Assembly (NCBI GenBank): GCA_030390025.1
Contig: CM059432.1
Coordinates: forward strand, 109,742,001 to 109,806,000
Source: Squalus acanthias
Taxonomy: Eukaryota
Reading direction: 5' to 3'
DNA: 64,000 nt
Shown here: positions 1 through 7,896 of the stretch, in pieces
Position numbering within the stretch: the stretch's first letter is position 1
Layout: each line of letters begins with the position of its first letter
Notes under the pieces: generated by a model
Database searches by the model: none
Told to the model about the DNA's origin: nothing
The model's input: the letters and a program-made list of their open reading frames with translations, nothing else
Program-made: the position numbers and the translations under genes

Positions 1-159
1 CACACAAGTGCCAGGCAATGACTATCTGCAACAAGAGAGAGTCTAGCCACCACCCTTGACATTCAATGGCATTGCCATCGCTGAATCTCCCACCATCAAT
101 ATCCTGGGGGTCACCATTGACCAGAAACTTAACTGGACCAGCCACATAAATATAAATAC

Positions 160-290
160 GATAGCAAAATACTGCAGATGCTGGAAATCCGAAATAACAA
201 CAGAAAACGCTGGAAAAACTCAGCAGGCCAGGCAGCATCCGTAGAGAGAGAAAGAGAGTTGACGTTTCAGGTCGATGACCTTTCATCAGA
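160..290 (-). mobile_element. 131-bp non-autonomous element with a minimal hammerhead ribozyme core (Penelope-like/retrozyme-type), copy 1
   Basis: Flanked by the direct repeat ATATAAATAC (150-159 and 291-300). Near-identical to 52357-52487. The minus strand starts TCTGATGAAAGGTCATCGACCTGAAACGTC. Confidence 0.85.
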
Positions 291-291
291 A
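255..291 (-). ncRNA. Minimal type I hammerhead ribozyme motif
   Basis: CUGAUGA, an extra A, stem II AGGUC/auc/GACCU, GAAA, palindromic ACGU in place of stem III, and a GUC cleavage triplet. Stem I is only about 2 bp in this copy. Confidence 0.7.
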
Positions 292-1266
292 TATAAATAC
301 TGTGGCAACAAGAGTAGGTCACAGGCTGGGTATTCTGCGGCAAGTAACTCACCTCCTGATTCCCCAAAGCCTTTCCACCATCTACAAGGCACAAGTCAGG
401 AGTGTGATGGAATACTTTCCACTTGTCTGGATGAATGCAGCTCCAACAACACTCAAGAAGCTCGACACCATCCAGGACAAAGCAGCCCGCTTGATTGGCA
501 CCTCATCCACCACCTTAAACATTCACTCCCTCCACCACCGGCGTACCGTAGCTGCAGTGTGTACCACCTGCAAGATGCACTGCAGCAACTCACCAAGGCT
601 TCTTCGGCAGCACCTACCAAACCTCTACCACCTAGGTCAAGGGCAGCAGGCACATGGGAACACCATCACTTCCAGGTTCCCCTCCAAGTCACACACCATC
701 CTGACTTGGAAATATATCGTCTTTGCTTCATCATCACTGGGTCAAATTCCTGGAACTCCCTCCCTAACAGCACTGTGGGAGCACCTTCACCTCACGGATT
801 GCAGTGGTTCAAGAAGGCAGCTCACCACCTCCTTCTCAAGGGCAATTAGGGATGGACAATAAATGCTGGCCTTGCCATCGACGCCCACATCCCATAAACG
901 AATTTTTAAAAATGTGAACACAATTACATTTGTAACCTGGCATAGCCCAACAAATTTCTGCCTCAGCTGCTGCTAGATTCAGGCCACAGGTGAGACAGCA
1001 TTAACTCTCTGTCATCTCCATCCAGACCGCTCTGGCAGTACACATGACTGGAGAGTGCCCTTCCACTCCTAAAAGATTCACCTTTCTCCACAGAACCTCT
1101 GACAGAAGCATCTCTATAGTGTCCTAAGTCTGTTCAATTTGAAATTAAATTTTCTCTCTATATATATTCTATGGTTATGTTCTCCTTATTATTACAGTTT
1201 CTTTGCACAGCATTTTCACTCGGTCCCCAGTGGTGACTTATTTTGGTGAATTTGAAGAACTCCTTG

Positions 1267-2159
1267 GGGGAGAAATTCAGTATCGCCCCATTTGGGGCGC
1301 AATTATCGGCCGGGCGCAAAGATTAGCGCCTGGCGCTAATTATCGCCACCAACTGCAAACTTGACTTTTATCGACCCTGGAGGTGATTGGAGCGCTAAAT
1401 CAGGCGCTTCACACCTGTCTTAAGGCGCAAAGGCTGAGGAGCGAGGCGCTACCTCAGAGCGCTGGCGAAGCTCATGTAATGTCAGTCAGCAATGGAACAC
1501 ACACACAATGGCACGAGCCAGTTCTTAAAGGGGATGGTTAATCTTGCTTTCCATCCACATCCTACTCATTGCAGCCTTGAATCTCGGCCTGGAGAGACCT
1601 GCACATCAAATCTGCTGGAAAGAACAATGGAGAGCACCAGGGAAAGAGCTTAGAGTGCAGCCCCCACAGTCTCTCCTAAATCGATACAAGGAATGGCATA
1701 TCAAAATGAACCTGCAAAGTGCTGCTCAGTACCCAAAACTCCTTCACACAACGTTGAATCTCTCCAGAAGTCTCTCTCTCTCTCTCTCTCAGAATGCGTA
1801 GTTCAAAAATGGCACCAACAATAAAAGGCAGGAAGCGGTCACCTTTAAATAGCGCTCCCCCTTTCCCTTCATGACTGCAGAACGCTCCCCTCAACCTGTC
1901 GTTGCTAGCGTCAGGCGGTAAGGCAGGGGGCGCCACTCAATATCCGCTCCGGGGCGATACCGGGGCGTTGCGCACTCGACTGACGTCACGATCTGCCAGC
2001 GCAGGAGATCGTGGCGGTAGTGTTTAGCGCCGTCGCAAAATGTCTAGTTAATTTCGCGAGCGGCGCAAACTTCGCCGCGCCTGGGCGCTAGATGCTTTGC
2101 GCCCCATTAGCGCCCTCTTAAGGCGCTAACGGGAGGCACAACCAACTGAATTTTTCCCC
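1267..2159. mobile_element. Non-autonomous TIR DNA transposon (PIF/Harbinger-like), CpG/GCGC-rich
   Basis: TIRs GGGGAGAAATTCAGT ... ACTGAATTTTTCCCC with flanking direct repeat CCTTG (1262-1266 and 2160-2164). No transposase ORF. Confidence 0.7.
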
Positions 2160-2610
2160 CCTTGTTTCGTCATCTCTTCTTACAAGAACAAACACAGCGT
2201 GGGTGCAATTCACCAGCAGCTTTCGCTCTCTGATATCAAATGCTCTTGCCTTTGGGTTACTATGGTTTCCATTGTGAAGTCATGTGATATAACCTCCTCA
2301 GTTGTGATGTGATGGTGTGATGTGGGGCCTGGGTCAAGACGTCCATAGCAGCATATCAAGCTGTTTAAGGGAGGGTGGTCTTAAGCCACAAATCTGAGAG
2401 GCAGAATATATTAACCAAAGATTGGGATCCCAGCAGCCATATTGGAGTTTGCAGCTGTTTGTTGCTAATGTAGACACAACAGTGCCGCAGGTTGACTCAG
2501 TATTTCGGTCGTTCTACCGAACTTCTGCTATAACTCTGGCAGCCGGAACTCACATACATCGGATCCCAGCCTTAGTTCAGAATTCCCATTCGGCTTGTAA
2601 GGCTTGTAGC

Positions 2611-2774
2611 CAATTTTCCCTCTAATTTTGTTTGGCGCCGCATGGTCCCTTTAAGGGGCTGCATGGGCCATTCAAAATACCGCGCATGCGTTGTTTTTGT
2701 ATTGAAAAGCCGACAAGCCAGCTGTGCGGGTTTCCTGGAGCGCTGCGCAGCCGCGTAGGTTACAGGGAGTATTA
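2611..2774. mobile_element. hAT-like MITE
   Basis: Degenerate TIRs CAATTTTCCCTCTAA ... TTACAGGGAGTATTA. Related to the element at 4420-4547 in opposite orientation (shared TGCGCAGCCGC). Confidence 0.6.
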
Positions 2775-2881
2775 GTTGAAGTCTTTGTGTACCTCTTACA
2801 AGACCACTTCTGCAGAGAGGGCAGGGCCAGGAGTGGAGACTCCCTACTTCCCCAGCCCTTAAGGAACCTGATGTATCTGGA

Positions 2882-3234
2882 GGTACAGTGTAGTGTAGTG
2901 GTTATGTTACTGAATGTGTAATCCAGAGGCGTGGACTAATAATCCAGAAGAGCATGAGATCAAATCCCACCATTGAGAATTTGAATTCAGGAAGGAAAAA
3001 AAGGCTGGTACCATGAAGCTATGCGATTATCATGTAAAACCAACTGGTTCACTGATGCCCTTTAGGGAAGGAAATCTGCCATACCTGGTCTGTATGTGAC
3101 TCCAGTGCCACACCAATGTGGTTGACTCTTAACTTCCCTCTGAAGTGACCTAACTATGATACTGAGTTGTATCAAAAGCGCTACAAAGAATTACCAACCT
3201 GCTCTCAGGGGAGCTAGGGAGGGGCAATAAAATG
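2882..3234 (+). mobile_element. tRNA-derived SINE with a 3' tail shared with LINE family A
   Basis: A-box-like TAGTGTAGTGG and B-box-like GAGATCAAATCCC. The 3' end CTCTCAGGGGAGCTAGGGAGGGGCAATAAAATG resembles the LINE end at about 833-866. Confidence 0.7.
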
Positions 3235-3442
3235 AGAGAGCAGAGGTTTGGGAACACGCTTTGGGGTGGCTGAACTTTAGCAGTAGACATGGTTGGGGAT
3301 ATGGGATGAGGGTACTCAGGGGCTTGGGAGAACAGCGAGGGAGTGAGGAAATTGGAGTACTCAAGGGAGAGTCTGGTGGCTGGGCAGACTCAAGAGCTTA
3401 GGTGTCTGGGAGAACTGTTTTTGAATTGTGCAATAGAAAAGC

Positions 3443-3885
3443 AAGAAAGACTTGGATTTATATAGCGCCTTTCACAGCTTCAGGATGTTCCAAAGTTCTA
3501 TACAGCCCATAAAGTAATTTTTAAGTGTAGTCACTATTGAAATGCGACAGTCAATCTGTACACAGCAAGGTCCCACAAACAGCAATGTGATAATGATCGG
3601 ATAATCTGTTTTAGTGAAGTTGGTTGAGGGATGGCTGGGCACTGAGGAAAATTCTCTTGCTGTTCTTCAAAATAGTGCCATTGGATCTTATACTTCTACC
3701 TGAGAGGGAGAACAAGGCCCCCGTTTAGCGTTTCATCCGAAAGACAGAACCTCCGACAATACAGCACTCCCTCAGTACTGCACTGGAGTGTTAGCCTAGA
3801 TTTTGTGCTTAAGTCTCTGGGTGGGACTTGAAACAACAACCTTCTGACTCAGAGGCGAGAGTGCTACCGCTGAGTCAAGGCTGAC
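3443..3885 (-). mobile_element. DeuSINE-type (SacSINE1-like) tRNA SINE
   Basis: Minus-strand tRNA-like head (…TCAGCGGTAGCACTCTCGCCTCTGAGTCAGAAGGTTGTTGTTTCAAGTCCCAC), a Deu-domain-like core (CAGTACTGAGGGAGTGCTG…GTCTTTCGGATGAAACG), and a tail GGCGCTATATAAAT…TCTTTCTT. Confidence 0.75.
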
Positions 3886-4392
3886 ACCTTAATCTGTACA
3901 TAAGCAGATGTGACAAATTGTGTGCTATACATACACTTTCATATATATATATAACATTTAGCATATCTCCTGTGGCATTGCTCACAATAAGTCAGATGAT
4001 ACATTGTTTACACTGTAGTTGAGAAGAACAAAATTATACCATGTAATGCAAAATTTATTATTCTGCTAAAACCACAAGTTGTTAAATCTAATTGTTAAGC
4101 AAACACAAGCTGAGATCAGTGAGATTAATTGTTTGAAGAAACTGGAATGGGCTTGTCAGTTCCGGATTGTAAATCAGAAGAGCACAGCATCTTCAAACTG
4201 TTTTGCATCCAGAACAAATTATGCAGTCTGGAACATGGCACCTGGAGTCTGACTTTCAGACCGACACTAAACTTGCTCCATAAATCCAGCCTGACCTGAC
4301 TCCAGAATGAAACAGTTTGAAACTTCCACGTGGTCAGATAATGAAAGCTAAGGTGCTGGGGAGCTCTAATATCCCATCTACTTTTCAATAAT

Positions 4393-4634
4393 GGGGTGAA
4401 ATTGGTCTTGGCCGATAGCCAATACTCCCCCTAAGGTGTGCGGCTGCGCATCAATCACGAGGTCCCGCGCAGGCTGCTCATCAGCTGCTGCCGTTGGAAG
4501 CAAAATTAAAGGGCCTGCGCATGAAAAAAAAATTAGAGGGAACATTGACGATAACACAAAATGGGCGATAGCGAATCAGAAGCCCATTTTACATCCCGCC
4601 CAATTTTCTTTTCCATTGAAGTCAGTTTCACCCC
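4393..4634. mobile_element. Harbinger-like MITE hosting a nested hAT-like MITE
   Basis: TIRs GGGGTGAAATTG ... CAGTTTCACCCC. Confidence 0.6.
4420..4547. mobile_element. hAT-like MITE (128 bp), nested
   Basis: TIRs CAATACTCCCCCTAA ... TTAGAGGGAACATTG with 8-bp TSD-like flanks CCGATAGC / ACGATAAC (6/8 match). Confidence 0.7.
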
Positions 4635-4849
4635 AAATGCCTCAAACAGCAAGATCATCAGAGGCAACCTTGTAAAGTTAACATCAATGCTATCAGAGAC
4701 ACCAAGTTTCACCTTGAGAGGACTTTTTGCTTGGTGCCTCAGCCTTCTGCATGCCACCAATCAGCAGTCACTGGCAATATTGAAGTCAGATCTGCCATGG
4801 CAATGGGCAGGCTACAAGGCCAACCAACAATGTGATGTCCACTTTTTTT

Positions 4850-5545
4850 AAATTTATTCATTCAAGGGATGTGGACGTCATTTATTGCCCATCCCTAACT
4901 GCTCTTGAGAAGGTGGTGCTGTGCCGCCTTCTTGAACCGCTGCAGTCCGTGTGAAGGTACTCCCACTGTGCTGTGAGGTAGGAAATTCCAGGATTTTTAC
5001 CCAGCGACGATGAAGGAACAGCAATATATATCCAAGTCAGGATGGTGAGTGACTTGGAGGGGAACTTGGAACTAGTGGTGTTCCCATGTGCCTGCTGCCC
5101 TTGTCCTTCTAGGTGGAAGAGGTCGCGGGTTTGGGAGGTCGAAGAAGCCTTGGCGAGTTGCTGTAGTGCATCTTGTAGATGGTACACGGTACGCCGGTGG
5201 TGGAGGGAGTGAATGTTTAAGGTGGTGGATGGGGTGCCAATCAAGCGGGCTGCTTTGTCCTGGATGGTGTCGAGCTTCTTGAGTGTTGGCCAGGCACGGG
5301 GAGAGTATTCCATCACACTCCTGACTTGTGCCTTGTAGGTTGTGGAAAGGCTTTGGGGAGTCAGTTGAGCCACTCGCTGCAGAATACCCAGCCTCTGACC
5401 TGCTCTTGTTGCCACAGTATTTATGTGGCTGGTCCAGTTAAGTTTCTGGTCAATGGATGTTGATGGTGGGGATTTGACGATGGTAATGCCGTTGAATGTC
5501 AAAGGTTAGACTTTCTCTTGTTGGAGATAGTCATTGCCTGGTACC
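4850..5545 (-). mobile_element. LINE family A 3' fragment
   Basis: ORF 4882-5502 is homologous to the 1-903 copy (IDQKLNWTSHINTVATRAGQRLGIL…RAVRDGQ). Confidence 0.85.
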
Positions 5546-5609
5546 TGGTACTCTGCTGCCCTGTAGGCCTTGGATCAGTGGTAGCGCTCTTGCCTCTGGG
5601 GTCACCGTT

Positions 5610-5991
5610 GACCAGGCCCAACCATCTTCAGCTGCTTCATTAATGACCTTCCTTCAATCATAAGATCAGAAGTGGGGCTGTTCGCTGATGACTGCACAGT
5701 GTTCAGTTCCATTCGCAATTCCTTAGATAATGGAGCAGTCTATATCTGCTTGCAGCAAGACCTGGATAACATCCAGGTTTGAGCTGATAAATGGCAAGTA
5801 ACAGTCGCACCACACAAGTGTCAGGCAACAGCCATCTCCAACAAGAGAGAGTCTAACCACATCCCTTGATATTCAATGGCATTACCATACACCACCATCA
5901 GCATTCTGGGGGTCACCATTGACCAGAAGCTGAACTGGACCAGCCACATAAGAGCAGGTCAGAGAAATTGGTATCCTGCGCCAAGTGGCTC
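5610..5991 (+). mobile_element. LINE family A internal fragment including the RT LFADD motif
   Basis: CTGTTCGCTGATGAC encodes LFADD. The fragment continues into sequence matching 1-150. Confidence 0.8.
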
Positions 5992-6167
5992 CACCGAAGA
6001 AATATCAATTAAGCAATGTGGATGTGTTGGTCAACCATCCATCCATGTATTTAATTGTTTGCTGTGGCCTTTTAAATGTTGTCATGTTGTACATCACCTA
6101 GCAACACTAGCTGTGTGTTGCATACAGGTGCAACGACCAGTGTCACTACCGTCACGTTTAAATGCTG

Positions 6168-7447
6168 TGAAGGAATAAGCCATATTCAGAAAAATACACC
6201 ATTCTATGAAAGAATTCTGGTCTTTGTAACATGACAAACTGGGCTTGAAAATCTAAAAACCTAACAATGGAGAAGCTGTAAACAGCATTCAGGCTATTGA
6301 GATAAGATAAGTTACTGACACTGAATCAATAACCTTATTGAAACAGGAGGTTGGAAGCTCCTGAAGTCTGAAGCTTTGGAAAGAACACAATGGTACACCC
6401 TGTTAAGGTGTCCTAAATTACACTTTGGAAAGAAACACAGAAAATTAAGAAACATATCCCTTCATAAAAATGACATCAAATGAAACACAGGAGACACGAC
6501 TCTGTGTTGCAAACAGCTAAGGTAACTAAGAAGACAATGGTGCACCCGGTTGAGGTGTTTTTAATTTACACGTTGTAAAAAGACACAAACAGAAGACCTT
6601 GGTAAGAATGACATCAAATAGATGCATCTGCTGTCACACCTGTTTTTATGATAAGCTTCGAACACCTAAAGGTAGAGACACGATTCTTAATGCTACCAGC
6701 TGAACTGACTGTAAGAATAGCAAGGGTCAGCAGAAAAATGACTAGAGATAATTAGCTTACATCAGCAGAAAACTTTAAAGGACATACCACTGAAAAAGGA
6801 TATAAATATTGAACTTTCAAATGGGATGATAGTCTCACTGTAAAGGGGCAAAGTGATTCTCGGCTTCAGAGGCAAGCTCTGTAAGTCTACAACTCTTTGT
6901 ACCTCGGGGATCAAGGTATTGTACTGTATTTGATTTTGGTGGATATCCTGGAATAAAGACTAAACTGTAAAAATGTAACGAAGTTAAGATTTGAGAATAA
7001 GGATCTCTGATAATAAGAATTGTAAAAGCTTTCTGTTTTTGGAATTGTTAATGTTGCGATTGAAATACCTACTGTAATTACATGTCGGTTCTTTAATAAA
7101 TCTATATATTTTTAGAATTATCTCACATAATACTTCTGTATCAAACTCGCGAACTCAATCTCTGTATGCTCTTTGGTGAGGAGTTGCAGAATTCTGGGGG
7201 AGTTATCCGGACCCTCATAATATCCAGAACGTTACAGTCTAGCTAAACTTATTAAAAGTGCTATCTGGATGACGGTAACATCTTCAGGTTATTCCTTTCC
7301 TTTAGGGAGAAATAGTCTGGATCTTTAGACCCAATTAAGCGTCTTTAGGATTCGGCTACCTCAAACTTTAGTTGAAACTGAACGACTGGGGACTACGCCT
7401 GATCCGGGGTAGCCCTAAAGGGGCTAGGACTAGTAATTATCCCTTCA
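6168..7447 (+). mobile_element. Long terminal repeat (1280 bp), 5' LTR of a truncated LTR retroelement/ERV
   Basis: TG…CA ends with 10/11-bp inverted termini (TGAAGGAATAA / TTATCCCTTCA). TATAAA at 6801, AATAAA at 6952 and 7095, and a PBS 2 nt downstream. Confidence 0.85.
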
Positions 7448-7449
7448 GT

Positions 7450-7463
7450 TGGCGCCCAACGTG
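7450..7463 (+). promoter_or_regulatory. Primer-binding site complementary to the tRNA-Lys(CUU) 3' end
   Basis: TGGCGCCCAACGTG equals the first 14 nt of the Lys1,2 PBS TGGCGCCCAACGTGGGGC and sits immediately after the LTR CA end. Confidence 0.85.
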
Positions 7464-7896
7464 TGTGTTAACGAGTTGATACAGAACCTATACTTATATT
7501 TATATCTATATCCATCTTGTAGATTGTTAAGTATAGAAGGAGTGTTTTACTGACAGTGGTACTAAGACCCAGATTTAAGTCTCTAGAGACGACAAGTCCC
7601 TGATCAGGCCTTGTAGAACTTAAATCAGAACTCCCTCAATATACCATTGAGGTCTAGAAATGTCTTATAAAGTTCATATTAAATCCTAACCGAGGTTAAG
7701 AACATAAGAACATAAGAAATAGGAGCAGGAGTAGGCCAATCGGCCCTTCGAGCCTGCTCCGCCATTCAATAAGATCATGGCTGATCTGATCCTCACCTCA
7801 AATCTAAAGAACACAAGAAGTAGGAGCAGGACCCGGCCACTCAGCCCCTGGGCCCGCTATGCCACCCACAGGGCCTCGACCGATCCGAACTCAGCC

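Larger units (their letters stand above)
1..903 (+). mobile_element. 3' fragment of a CR1/L2-group LINE (family A), RT C-terminal region plus 3' UTR, interrupted by a 131-bp insertion at 160-290
   Basis: ORFs read ILGVTIDQKLNWTSHI and YKAQVRSVMEY...KKLDTIQDKAARLIG, typical of a post-RT LINE ORF2 tail. It ends ...GGGCAATTAGGGATGGACAATAAATGCTGGCC. Homologous copies lie at 4850-5545 and 5610-5991. Confidence 0.85.

Noticed and set aside
178..849. 223-aa ORF as a host gene
   Set aside because: It is an alternative frame across the 131-bp insert and LINE family A.
2882..2975. tRNA gene
   Set aside because: The A/B boxes belong to a SINE head, and no convincing cloverleaf is present.
7464..7697. 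Start of gag after the PBS
   Set aside because: No sizeable ORF appears before the CR1 tail interrupts.
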